Of a stretch of 64,000 bases of DNA, positions 12,989 to 27,472 are shown one piece after another. Each line of letters opens with the position of its first letter. Within the stretch, counting starts at the first letter, position 1. The stretch is taken from contig OZ024751.1 of the NCBI GenBank assembly GCA_964016885.1, positions 37,510,001-37,574,000 of the forward strand. The letters run 5' to 3'. The notes under the pieces were generated by a model, which searched no databases, was not told the origin of the DNA, and was given only the letters and a program-made list of their open reading frames with translations. The translations under genes were made by a program, and so were the position numbers. Origin of the DNA: Eledone cirrhosa. Its lineage: Eukaryota.

Positions 12989-13560
12989 AGGGGGTGGATT
13001 GGCAGTATCGGTAGAATAGGGGGGGTGGATTGGCAGTATTGGTAGAATAGGGGGAGGATTGGCAGTATTGGTAGAATAGGGGGGGGGATTGCCAGTATGG
13101 GTAGAATAGGGGGGGTTAACAGTATTGGTAGAATAGGGGGGTGGATTGGCAGTATCGATAGAATAGGGGGGTGGATTGACAGTAACGGTAGAATAGGGGG
13201 TGGATTGGCAGTATCGGTAGAATAGGGGGGGGATTGGCAGTATTGGTAGAATGGGGGGGATTGACAGTATCGGTAGAATGGGGGTGGGGTGGGGGTGGAT
13301 TGGCAGTATCGGTAGAATGGGGGTGGATTGTCAGTATCGGTAGAATGGGGGTTGGATTGGCAGTATCGGTAGAGTGTCTGACGCCAAGCGTTGCAGCATA
13401 GAGTTACGGCTCTTTATGATCTGAGCTCAAATCCCGCCGAGGTTAACTTTACCTTTCATCCTTATAGGGTTGATAAAATAAATACCAGTCATGCACTGGG
13501 GCCGATTTAATCGATCCCCCCCCCCCCACAATTGCTGGCCTTGTGCCTACATAAGAAACC
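12989..13560 (+). mobile_element. SINE family 1 with a 13x reiterated ~29-bp 5' head and a target-site duplication
   Basis: Units of (G)n-tggattggcagtatcggtagaata at 12989-13372, then a normal SINE body; TSD attc(c/t)tttatatacgtaat at 12970-12988 and 13561-13579. Confidence 0.92.
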
Positions 13561-14635
13561 ATTCTTTTATATACGTAATGAAAATATGAAATTATATATT
13601 ATCAAGCATATAGGGACCACAGAGAACACAGATTAAATAAAAATAAACAAGCTTATCAGAACCATAACCCAAAATGCATCAACATGGACATCCATTGTAT
13701 CACAATAAACTAGACATTGGTCCGGCAAACCAGAGATGTGGGTTGGTGTCCCATGTACGTCAATACTCATCATTCAGAGGGTTTTTTAAATCCCAACTAA
13801 CAGACAAATTCTATTTAGCCAAATACGGCATAAGCACATGTCACTACCTAATTTTCAAATTCGCTAGCCGTTTCTAAACAATGCCTGCTTTGTGTCTCTT
13901 TTTTTTTATATGAATAAACAAACAGTTTTTATTTATTAAAAATATTAATTAAGCGATTTTGAAAGCCGAATAAAATTGAATAAATAAAATTTCGTATTTG
14001 TTCTTTTCAGAATATTTATAAAAAAATGTAGATACATTGAAAACCTGGAAAGAGAAAACAGAGATATAGGACTGAACTGCATTGCTCTCTCGAGTTGAAC
14101 CTTCATTTGTGGGCTTCAGCGAATGTATCAACATATACATGCATATACACACACATGCATACATATACATGCATATATACATATATGCATATATACATGT
14201 ATATATACATGTATATATACATATATGTATACACACACCCTATATATATGTATATATATACATCCACACACACACTCATATGTATATATGATATATATAC
14301 ATCCACACACACACACACACACACATATATGGCAAAGTTGAGAGTAGCTTACGTTGTATGACAAAGCTATCGTACATGGACAAACACTTTAAGTTCTCTT
14401 CTTGTGATTCCTCGTTATGTAATTCTCACCTAACGCGATGACATGTCAGACATATTGGAGCATTGGATGTTCCACTCTCATTTCCTGCCTTCTTCAATGA
14501 TTAAGAGAGATGTAGATAGATAATTAGAGATATTGATTAATTGATAGAGATATAGAAAGTGATATGGATAGAGAGACAGGGAGAGAGAGATGACTAGATA
14601 TATGTAGGAAGAGAGATAGTTATATAAATAGAGAG

Positions 14636-14660
14636 ATAGGGTGAGAGAGAGAGAGAGAGA

Positions 14661-14730
<70 letters not shown>

Positions 14731-15137
14731 TATATATATATAAAGAGAAAGAGGGATAGCTAGATATATATAAAGAGAGGGAGAGAAAAAGAGAGATAGA
14801 TGGCTATATAGAGAGAGAAAGAGGGATGGTCACATATAGAAAGAGCTGGATAGATAGATATAGGGAAGGAAAGATAGAAATATAAATAGATATAGGTAGA
14901 TAGATACAGAGATAACTATATAATAAAGACGGCCGGATGAATACACAGGAGACATAGATGGCGTTGATATATAGAAGATAGGGATAGAGAGAGATAGCTG
15001 AAGAGAGAGAGAGAGAGAGAGATAGCTGAGGAGAGAGAGAGAGAGAGAGAGATAGCTGAGGAGAGAGAGAGAGAGATAGCTGAGGAGAGAGAGAGAGAGA
15101 GATAGCTGAGGAGAGAGAGAGAGAGAGAGAGAGAGAC
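14636..15137. repeat. (GA)n/(GATA)n complex repeat with gatagctgagga units
   Basis: Direct reading. Confidence 0.9.
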
Positions 15138-15643
15138 ATAAGAAGGAATACAATTATGTTCATTTACTATTCACCACATAATAGAAATTACATCGAATGT
15201 CCACATCGCTATTCTTATACTAGTTATAACTTTGTCAATGAAGTGTTTAATATTGTACGTACTTCCTATTATTAAGGACAGTATTTCTATACACAGGAAA
15301 TATATTCAAACATTTAAAGCAGATAGCAGTTCATTCAAATTGGAACGCTGTCCATTCTATTTTCAAATTACCTCGCGTAACAGATTATCTTAAAATTAGA
15401 TAGGGTGTCACATATTCTTTTACTGTAGTGTGGGTTTCAGTCATTAGATTACTGCAATAGTGGGGCAACCCATTAAAGGGATTTAGTCGATCATATCTGC
15501 CCTCTACTTATTATGTATGTCGTTTACATCTTTTATAGTTTGTTTTTGTCGAACGTATTTTTTAATGGACATACACCCACATCCGATGTCACACACCCAC
15601 ATCCATCCACCTATATATACATGCATACATATACATACATACT

Positions 15644-15681
<38 letters not shown>

Positions 15682-15757
15682 AATATATATATATATTATA
15701 TAATATATATAATATATATATATAAATACATACACACATTTATATAAACATATACTC

Positions 15758-15807
<50 letters not shown>

Positions 15808-15869
15808 CTGGATTATATATAACTGGATTACCTATAACGATAACTTGTTACCCCATATATATATATATA

Positions 15870-16131
15870 TATAAACGTTTGTATTTGTAAAGCCAAAACA
15901 ATGCAGGTATGGACATAGAATAAAAATGCAAATGCAAAAGATTTTGTTTACAATTAGTCTTTTACCTTAAATTTAAGGACATTTAAATAAATTTAAGGTA
16001 AAAGACTAATTGTCAACAATATCTTTTGCATTTGCATTTTTATTCTATGTCCATACCTGCATTGTTTTGGCTTTACAAATACAAACGTTTATACCTCATT
16101 ACACAATGCTTCAAGTGAACTATAACTTCCT

Positions 16132-16133
<2 letters not shown>
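15870..16133 (+). mobile_element. Hairpin element: ~105-bp inverted arms plus 40-bp tail between (TA)n tracts
   Basis: 15870-15975 is the reverse complement of ~15988-16093 with few mismatches; unpaired tail 16094-16133. Confidence 0.8.
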
Positions 16134-16172
<39 letters not shown>

Positions 16173-17311
16173 GCACACATACATTTATATACACACACAT
16201 ATATGCACATACACACACACACACATGCACATACACACACAGCTTCTGTTACTGCCTTTAAGTGTCATCACCATTGTATGTCATGTTTGAGCGGGATCGC
16301 ACCATTCTTTTATATATATAAGACAGCGAGGGACTAAAAGTTTGCGAACAGTTTCCATCAACTATATTGCACTAATATAGAGTTTGGCCAAGCTCAGGCT
16401 ATAATAATCCATATGTAAGCATTATACTTAGTAGTAAAAATATCAAACTAACACAGAATATTATTAGAAATGTCCTTGTCCTGTTTCCTACCAAATGCTA
16501 AAACATTGCAGGGAGTAGAGGCATTCTTATAGACTTGTATTATAGAAGCCTTAAATAGCAGCATCTTTTGTGTATGTAAATCTATTTGGGAGCGTAACTG
16601 GTAATGGTTATCTGACTAATTATTATACTATATTTACTATTTTCTTTTTAATATCAACTCTTACAAAAGCTACTATTGAACGACAACTATTTCATTGTTT
16701 AACCACACTATTTCGATCAATAATTTCTGCTACGCCATTGGAAAATTTTATAATTTCATACCATATTTGCTTTATAATATCCAGCCTTCGTCTGAAGTAT
16801 ACGAAAAATGAAATTAAAATAAAATACAAAGAACAACCAAAAAGACAAAGAGAAACGGACGAAAACGACCTTTATTTTGGCTAGTGAAATAATCAATATA
16901 TTTATATTTACATAATTAGACTGTAACATGGGAGGTGGAGAAAGGCACAGACCATGCGAAACATGCTAATTGTTTACATAACTGCTGTTGTTTGATTTTA
17001 CACATGAAAGAAATGGAGAGAAGATCTGATTAGTCCCCGTCATTATGAATGCCTTTGGGTGGGTAAAACAATAAAAATAAAAATACTACAATAGGCAATC
17101 TAACAAAAGCTGGCTATTATATCGATCGATCAAATATCAAACCAAATGATTGAACAATATATTGATGAAATAGTTAGCAAGAGATCAAACGGTCTCGCTC
17201 TAAAATAACCAGTAGAGTGTGAAAGAAAAACAAAATTGGATGTGGATAACAAACGAACAGCGGTTTCATATATATATATATATATATATACCTATGTACA
17301 TACACACACAC

Positions 17312-17366
<55 letters not shown>

Positions 17367-18899
17367 GTATATATATATATACGTACATATAAATACAAAA
17401 AACACACATACGAAAATATAAATGCACACCTACGTATATATATATATACACATGCATACATAAATAAAACAGGTATACATATATTTATATATATGTATGT
17501 ATAAACAGATACACATACACACAAATATACATATACAAACAAGTATATATATATTTATATATATGTATGTATACACAAATGTATATATATATATATAAAC
17601 AGATACACATACACACACATGTATTTATATATATATATATATATATAAACAGATACACATACACACAAATGTATATGCCCAATTAGGCACATACGCATGC
17701 ATGGAACTCTACCCCTTCTCAATTAATTACACGAAACAAAATGATTAAACGACGAGAAATATTCAGAGAGGATCAGAACTCAACGACAATGATGTTTTTG
17801 CAATTTTTCCTATATTGTTTTGATATATGTAGACTCCTGTCGCTCTATTGATTCGAAACCGTCACGCCATTCCTCTATATAACATACAGTTTCCTCACAA
17901 TGAAGAACTGATGTCACTGGATTGTTGCTTGTCCCCCTCATGGCTGCGCATCTCCTCATTAATCGATTGTATACATAATGTACATCTACACCCATATATA
18001 TAGACATACATACATATATATATACACACATATCTATACACGCACACATGTATGCACGTAAATATACATACGCACATATATACATAAAAAGTACACATCG
18101 ACATTATATATACACACACGCACACACCCACAGTATACATATATACATATATATATACACGCACATATATACATAAAAACGCACACATACCCACATTATA
18201 TATATATATATACACATATATATATATATATATATAAATGTATATATGTATACATGGTTATATGTAACTATTATTTTGATCCCAATATTAAATAATAACT
18301 ATAATATATTGGCCATTTGCTAAAACTGTTTTTTTCTCCAATATTGCCCATCGTTTTACTTTTTTGTTGAAAATAAAATGTTTGAAGTTTTAAAATAATA
18401 TTTTTGGTTTATTTCATCCTTTACATTTTTTCCCCTCTTCATGCGATGTTATTAGTTGATTTGCTGTATGTGGAACACGGCAATAGATTAAAATCTTTTA
18501 GAATATATAATAGAGTATACGAAATTTTCTTTTTAATGTATACTGAAATAAACATAAACCACACGAAAACTATTAATATAACAATTAAATATTAGAATAT
18601 AACTTATGTTTTAACAAAACGAAGATTCATCACAGGCAACAATGATATATTAATATGCGTATATGAAAAGAATTTTTCTATAGGATTTTAAAACATCAAA
18701 CCTTTTTTGGACTAAAGGCGAATAGAAACTAAATAGATCACACAGATACAGCTTGGGATAATTTAATGCGCCTAACAATTAATGAGCATCAGGAAAATTA
18801 TTTCGGTCAATTACATTAATCGGACTGACGCTCATTTACAAAATATATCAATTTTGTTTGGAGTATATAAGTTTTGCTGCATCATGAATGACTACATAT

Positions 18900-18925
18900 A
18901 TTTATACACATACACATATATATAT

Positions 18926-18962
<37 letters not shown>

Positions 18963-19377
18963 CACGTACATACATATATACACTCACATATATATATATA
19001 CACACACACACATATATATATATATATACACGTACATACATATATACACTCACATATATATATACACACACATATATATATATATATACACGTACATACA
19101 TATATACACATACATACATATACATACATATACATACATACATATACATACATATACATACATACATACATACATATACACATACATACATACATATACA
19201 TACATACATACATACATATACACATACATACATACATATACATACTTATATATACACATACATACATATATATATACACATACATACATATATACACATA
19301 CATACATATATACACATACATATATATATATATATATGCATAAAACACACACAAATGAATATATATATATATATATA
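18900..19377. repeat. (TA)/(CA)/(TACA) complex microsatellite
   Basis: Direct reading. Confidence 0.92.
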
Positions 19378-21605
19378 GTTGTAACTTTTTGTTAGTCATT
19401 GCTTGCCAGTTCTTTTCAAATCTGCTGAGTATAGCTAGTTTGTACCAGTTATTGGATTTCGCTATTATTCGCGATAAGAATTAAATTTATATTATAAATC
19501 CCCAAGACAAAATTTTATTGAATAATTCAGCTATCACACTAAAATTCTTTTCATAAAACCTGATTAACAATGAAAGGGTCTGTAAATTGAATATATATTG
19601 CATTAATAACCGAAGAATTTTATTGATTTCTTTTATCATTATGGATCACAGATATAATCATTAAATTACCCATGGTTGCGTATTAGCATATCTATCAGTC
19701 ATATACATAACTTCAGTAACCTTTAGCCGCCATGCTACAACTCCTTTGCCTAACTTCTGGTCACTAGACAATGCTCATTCGTTCGATTATACAAAGATCA
19801 AAAGAAAACCGCTATCGGTGTTACAATAACCAATATTAATAACGTTCAGTTCAGGAAAAATAGTGAAAGAACAGTTGTAGTGGTGGGGCTGGGGTCGAGC
19901 AGTCTGGGAAATATTATCAAATAGGCCACAGTCGATTTCACTGTGATAATCTCTAGTCTCTCGTCTGCCGTTTATCCTATTATCATGTAGGTCACAGACG
20001 TATTCGTCACATATAAGTTATTTCTTTCAGTGCATCTCTCTTGTTATCCTCGCATTTTCAATTGTGTCCACTGGGACAATGAGGCAACAATCACCTGAGA
20101 TTTTGCAGTTCAGTGAGATATAACGAGAGAACGAAAGAGCACGACATTTCGTTTTCTGATTCGTGTTGTTACCGTTAGCAATTACATACACCCATACACT
20201 CATACATGCATACATACACACAATAAATGCATGCATACATAGACACGCACACGCAATAAATGCACCCCCCCCACACACATATATATATATATATAGTTGA
20301 AATAATTGTAATGAATAAACGATTGATGTAACATCAGCATCTTTATTAATGTTATAATAATAATAATTATTACTATATATATACATATGCTGTTTTTTAT
20401 TATATTCTGTTTGTATTCTTTTTATATTTAGCATATTTCTAATGAAAAAAAAAGATAACACTGCTTATGATATTCAAATCATTTTCAAAACAATCAATCA
20501 TTTGGAGGGACTTTTTTCATTACTATCCTGTTTGGAAACTATCTGAATATTCTTACATAAAACTATAATGTAAGGGATGTTAGAAAACATTTAACCCAGT
20601 GCTGTGTAAACTCTTAAACAAAATGACATGCTTTATGAATCAACGGAATAGAGAATGTTTTATTCAAATTAAATGTATTTAACATTTAAAAAATAAACTT
20701 TCCTTGAAGAATTTATATACGGGGAGGGGGCAACATAATCTATTAACTACTTGGAACCAGAGAAGGCCAATACAGGTCTGCGTTTCGTACCCATAATTCA
20801 AAAGAAAGACACTGTCTATGATTTTCAAACCTTTTGAAACTAATATAGTATTTACAGTGATTTAGAAAAATAACTTACTTTCCACTATTGAGTTTGGAAT
20901 AATTAAGTAAACGTTGGCACATAGAATTATGGTAAAATCTTTCAGGTAATTATAAATCTTGAAAAGAAACTGTTTCCTGTTTTAGAACCAGGAGCTCTTT
21001 TAGAACCAGGTGGCTTCGCATCAAAAGGTTAATTATCACTAATCTATCACTAATAAGCTCCTGGAGATTACGATATGTATAGCTTAAGAAAATTCGATCT
21101 TCATAGGAATATCTTACTATTTGAAACAATCTAATATTTTATCGTTGGCAGAGAAACCATTATTTATTAACGTTCATTCAACTTTGACGTTCATTCAATT
21201 ATTGAATACAAACATTAACGAGAACCACCTTTATATCAAACTCTAAATGGGACTCGATAAATTCGTACCGGTAATATAATTGGGTCGATTCAATTAGCTA
21301 TATATCCCAATAACCATAGAATTGAGCTTAGAAAGATCTGATTTACAAAAATGACACTTCTAAAATTGTCGTCGCTGCTAACAATAGAAAATATATTATA
21401 TTAGTGTAAGTAAATAAAAGAAATTCACTATTTTAACATTCAGTATTACAATCTGAAGTTATAGAAACTGAATTTATAAGAGCGACGCCTCACGAATCAG
21501 GAAACAGTAATTGAATTCTTCCCTAGAGCTATATTCCTCTTCTATACCAGAGAATACGATTAACAAGAGACCTTAACCTAGTTTGAATATATTTTTTTAT
21601 TTGAG

Positions 21606-21645
<40 letters not shown>

Positions 21646-21655
21646 CAAAAAAGAA

Positions 21656-21686
<31 letters not shown>

Positions 21687-22244
21687 TCAGAGAATTTCCT
21701 TCTTTTTATATTTTTTTAACTCAGAATGCGCAAACCTTCTGCCGAGAATGAAGATATAAAACTCCATGGATATAAAACTGTAAGGTGTCAATACATAAAA
21801 TGCATTTTTACTGCGTTGTATATCTTTTATTATCTATCGTAAACGTAGAAATATATTTACATTTATGTATTTTAAAGGCAATTCTCTAAAGCAGTATATT
21901 AGGTGTTCGTCTTGTGCTCTTGTTCATTTGATGTGTGAACATTCATTGTGGAAAAAAAAAATTAAATTATGCTTGATTGGTTTTGCTACAATATCTTCTA
22001 CAACCCTCGCTAAGTGATGATCATATAATTTTATGAATATATGAATTGCTGGAAACGTCGAATTACTAAACAGAACGTATCTGACACCTAGATAGCATAC
22101 AATGTTTGTGATAATCTATACATGGATATAGCATTATGAACTAGTTATAAAAATATTGGTCCTACTTTGAATCTTAGGTGTAATTATACGTTAAGCAATT
22201 AATGTATACATTCTTTTCATATTAATATAATGTTACAATTACTG

Positions 22245-22262
22245 ATGTGTGAACAGTTATCC

Positions 22263-22319
<57 letters not shown>

Positions 22320-22712
22320 TATACGTACATTACATATATATTATATATATATTTTATATATATATATATATACGTACATTACATATATACTATATATATA
22401 TATATATATATACGTACATTACATATATATTATATATATATTTTATATATATATATATATATACGTACATTACATATATACTATATATATATATATATAT
22501 ATATATACGTACATTACATATATATTATATATATATTTTATATATATATATACGTACATTACATATATACTATATATATATATATATATACGTACATTAC
22601 ATATATATTATATATATATATATTTTTTTTAATATATATATATACATATATATATACGTACATTACATATATACTATATATATATACGTACATTACATAT
22701 ATATTATATATA

Positions 22713-22749
<37 letters not shown>

Positions 22750-22776
22750 ACATTACATATATATTATATATATATA

Positions 22777-22827
<51 letters not shown>

Positions 22828-22879
22828 GTACATACACATATATTTACGAATGTATGTGAATATGTGTGAACAGTTATCC

Positions 22880-22919
<40 letters not shown>

Positions 22920-23030
22920 GTACATACATATACGTACATTATATATATATATACGTACATACATATATACATACGTACATACAAATATACATACACATAC
23001 ATTTGCGAATGTATGTGTATATGTGTGCAC
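22245..23030. repeat. Complex (TA)n array with tacgtacattacat units inside an old tandem duplication
   Basis: atgtgtgaacagttatccgta repeated at 22245 and 22862. Confidence 0.88.
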
Positions 23031-23339
23031 ATTTATATCTGTCGTGTGTGTTTGTGTACGTCCTTGTGTAAATATGTGTTAGTTCATGAGTACACGGATG
23101 TAATCACTGTGTATGTGTGCATCCTTTGGGTGTCTGCAGTTCTAGGATGGAGATTTTTCCTGAAGCTCAAGTTGTGTTTTTATAAGTTGTTGACATACTG
23201 ATTATTCTATAACGTATACAGTTTATCCTAACCTTGTCATGAAAACCTATATGTTACGCGTATATTTATATAAGAGTAGTGTTATGGGTCCACTTTAAAT
23301 GTACAATTGTACCTTTCACGGAAATAGAATTTTTCTTTT

Positions 23340-23444
23340 TTTGGCACAAGGCCAGCAATTATTCCAGTGTATTACTGGTACTTTATTTTATCGACCCCGT
23401 AAGGATGGAAGGCAAAGTAAACCTCGGCGGGATTCGAACTCGGA
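23340..23444 (-). mobile_element. SINE family 1, 5'-truncated
   Basis: ggcacaaggccagcaattattccagtgtattactggtac...cgggattcgaactc. Confidence 0.88.
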
Positions 23445-23528
23445 AATATAATGATACTTGACATATGTGGCACGTTTCAGCATTTGTATTTTCTCTGAAT
23501 ATTCAAATAGATAAGTGTTTATTCCATA

Positions 23529-23612
23529 TACGAGGATCTGATGAAAAGTTGATAGGCTGACCAAGATACTCTCATGGAATGACCAAATGAGAGTTATTTT
23601 TTAATATAATCC
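23529..23612 (+). mobile_element. Possible mariner-type terminal inverted repeat fragment
   Basis: TA-cgaggatctgatgaaaagttgataggct resembles mariner TIR starts (tacgagg...aaaagt); no partner TIR seen. Confidence 0.35.
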
Positions 23613-24997
23613 TTGGTGAAAAAACGATAGAGTTTTAAAGAAGAAGAGTAGAAGTTAATGCATGCAAGATTTCACAACTTTAGCATCATTCCGTTATAAT
23701 CATCCTCTGCCTACCCTCATATATTCTTGAATGAAAGCCACTTGACGTGTTCTTGTATAACCAGTTAATCGAGGTTCATGACTGCAACAGACGATAAGAT
23801 GACGTTTCTGTTGTGTTGTAGTGTATAATATGTTTTACGATGTTCAAGGCTAACTCATCTTAATGGCAGTGAAAATAGCTTTTATACGAAACTGTGGATA
23901 GTTTTGTTATTGTTAGATATCATAGTGTTTGTAGTTCTTGCTCTTTTTCTCAGACATTTAACTATCACAACAGTCATAGGTTTTTGTAGCAAACAATTAT
24001 GAATATATAAATACATGCAAACATATACTATATACACACATACAGAGAAACAAATATACATACATATATATTAATATATATGCACTGTGATTATGCACAC
24101 ACATACACACATCTATATATATATATTTGTATATGTGTGTTTGTGTAAACAATGTGTTTATGTATGTATCTATGCGTATAGTCTTACATGCGACCGATTG
24201 AACGTATGTAGATTCCTTTGAAATGAGACGGTTTCTATGTATACTATAATCAAGAAGAATCTAGTTTATTATTGGTTGTTGCTATAGAGAGCTGATAATC
24301 AAAGCCAAAACATTTGCAGATACCTATCTATCTATCGCAAAGCTAAATCTTTACATGTCAATTCTTTCTATAAAAGTTCATTCTATCTTATTAGATTCCA
24401 CTGAATCTCGCCAGTAAAAGAAACACATTCTGCTTCCTAGGCAATAAACAATCAGGCTATAGACGAGCTAAACTATACAAGTTGCGGTGATAGTAGTTTG
24501 GAGTTTGAACAATTTCTTTAATTACACAACACTTGATGAAATTCACAGAAAAAAAGAGTCTCGTAGCTAGACTGGTTTCCTATTTCTTGGAATAGAACTC
24601 TAATTCTTAAAGACGTTGCTTACTACAGATATTTATGTTGACATAATCTATTGCAGAGTATCAAATGTGATTGAAAGAAAGCGATGGCCAGTCGTAGCCA
24701 ATTGAGAATAGTCACGTACTTATAGGAATCAATCAGTTGTGTAAATGGTGTTTACGGATCTCAATGTTGGCAATGATTAATGTTTTACTTGGTATTGACA
24801 AAAAGAGAAAGAAGGAAAGAAAATCAATCAATTTTTTTGGAAAACATTTAAACAAAACAGAAGTTCATGAGAGAAAATCAAAATGGCGAGTAATAATATT
24901 CGGATGAGCATTAAAACATGTAGGCATATAAAAATCATTTAATTTTCAGAGGAATTACAAAGATCATCATATTAGCATGAACTGTATTTGAGAATAA

Positions 24998-25097
24998 ATG
25001 ATGGTGGTGGTGGTGGTGATGGTGATGGCGGTGGTGGTGTTGGTGGTGGTGGTGGTGTTGGTGGTGTTGGTGGTGTTGGTGGTGGTGGTGTTGGTTG
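24998..25097. repeat. (TGG/TGT/TGA)n trinucleotide microsatellite
   Basis: Direct reading. Confidence 0.9.
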
Positions 25098-25229
25098 TAG
25101 TGGATAATATTGTACAACAAAGAAAATAGAAGTAGGAAAATTATATTACCAGAGTCTCCAAATTATATTACCAGAGTCTGACCAGGAATATTAGGATATG
25201 AGAAACAGACATGGAGAGGGCAAACTAAC

Positions 25230-25430
<201 letters not shown>

Positions 25431-26227
25431 CAGGGACGCTGCTACGACGTAATGAATTGCATGTAAGAAGTTGAACGTATAAGCTAAAATAGAAATCTAA
25501 GTTGATAAAGATGTACGAAAGAAACATTAAAAGTGGAAACATTTGAAATGATACGTTAATGTAATTAATACCGCCATCTTATATATTGGTGAACGCTCAA
25601 AGTTGAGTAATATTTTTATACCAACAAATATAAGCCGTTAGCTATGAGTGATATTACAACTATCACAAAATTGACATACCTAAAGGTGATATTTTCCTCA
25701 CAGAATCTTTCAGATTGATTCCTCCATAATCTTTAATTTTGACAATCCGTCTACACGACATCCCAGTATGACAAGATGAATATAACGTTTACATAGTAAA
25801 CATCATTAAGACAGTGACCATTTCTGTTAATAATATTACATCATTATATTGTTATATTAACTATATTAATATTTGAATAACATAGGACAGCACAACCAAA
25901 AAGGTCAATAGGCAACGCGTACGCTAATGTTTATCTGTAAGAAAACACTATCATGAAACGAATAATAATCTTTGTCGGTCAATAGATTCCTAATGCTGCT
26001 AGGTTCTGTTAAAAATCGAGATAAATACATAGCTACGTATTCCACTGAATTCTAAATAGAATGGACCAGCTGATACCCTGTTGCCTAAATCTATGGAGTA
26101 TATAACAAACAGGAAATGTTGAGCCTTAAAATGGAATTGAGCCAGGATAGAAAGGTTATCATTGCACTAGAAACGCCTTACCTAAATATGGTGCCGCTAC
26201 GACTCCCTCAATGGTTACGGGGCATTA

Positions 26228-26273
26228 AGAGAGAGATAGAGAAAGAGAGAGAAAGAGAGAGAAAGAGAGAAAG

Positions 26274-26351
<78 letters not shown>
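26228..26351. repeat. (GA)n microsatellite
   Basis: Direct reading. Confidence 0.92.
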
Positions 26352-26352
<1 letters not shown>

Positions 26353-26942
26353 ACGGTTTTGAATTTTCATTACATACATAAGCCAAGATTATGCTCCATA
26401 AATACTTGAACTGAAAAATACTTGAACCAGCAATATTTAAATTACTGATATAAAGCGACAGTATAACTGGTTGTTTTTATGTCTAATCAAGATGTTAAAT
26501 ATTGGTCATATTAACTCTGACCATTAATCGTATAATGATATTTAAGTATCTGACATTACAAATTCCTTTACATACACATACGGTATGTTTATACACATAA
26601 TCGAACATCCTATACATACATGATGTGTGTTTAATCCGCTTATTGATATATTAAAATCCAGATAATCTAGGTTTTATACATAAACATAGCGAGTTTTAGA
26701 ATCAGCAATCAAGAGCTCTTTGACTTATCCACTGACCCAATAAGAATCAAACCCAATACACTAAGAATGTTTTATTTCGGTATTTGATTCCAAATACGAA
26801 AATATCACATGACACATCTATTATTGGCGTTGTGTATTACTTGATATCCAATACCTAAATATTGTATCTTGTATCTTCAAAATTATCGTTAGATACACAT
26901 CAATGAACATTTTTGGATGCCATTAAGATATAACACCATAAT

Positions 26943-26993
<51 letters not shown>

Positions 26994-26995
<2 letters not shown>

Positions 26996-27159
26996 CAAAG
27001 GAATAGTGGTAAGGAACCAGATGGACCATAACACACGAAAGTACTCAATACTTAGGGTAGCAGAGTGGGAAATAGGAAAATGTATGACCTCGACGGCAGA
27101 GCTCAAGCCGTTTCGAAGGCTAGCCGCCGAAACGGCTTGAGCTCTGTCGTCGGGGTCAT

Positions 27160-27163
<4 letters not shown>
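26994..27163 (-). mobile_element. Hairpin element family C, copy 1
   Basis: Hairpin 27082-27161 centred on ggctagcc; tail 26994-27080 is the reverse-complement homologue of 27361-27443; (TA)n on both sides. Confidence 0.85.
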
Positions 27164-27248
<85 letters not shown>

Positions 27249-27443
27249 ATAGGAACAAGTAGGACCCCGACGGCTGATCTCAAGCCGTTTCGACGGCTAA
27301 TTCTGGAGTCCAGAATTAGCCGTCGAAACTGCTTGAGCTCAGCCGTCGGGGTCCTACTCGTTCCTATTACCCACTCTACTACCATAAGTATTGAGTACTT
27401 TGGTGCGTTATGGTCCACCAGGTTCCTTACCACATTTCCTTCT
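27249..27443 (+). mobile_element. Hairpin element family C, copy 2
   Basis: 59-bp arms around g27308 (27249-27367); GAAA-c(t/g)gc-ttgagctca-gccg-TC-gggg is the 3' half of a hammerhead; tail carries cactctac...tattgagtac. Confidence 0.85.
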
Positions 27444-27472
27444 CGCGCGTGCGTGCGTGCGTGCGTGCGTGT

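Noticed and set aside
12989-13372. CRISPR-like array
   Set aside because: Repeats are contiguous SINE heads without unique spacers, in eukaryotic DNA.
24935-25120. Poly-His ORF
   Set aside because: Translation of a (TGG)n microsatellite.
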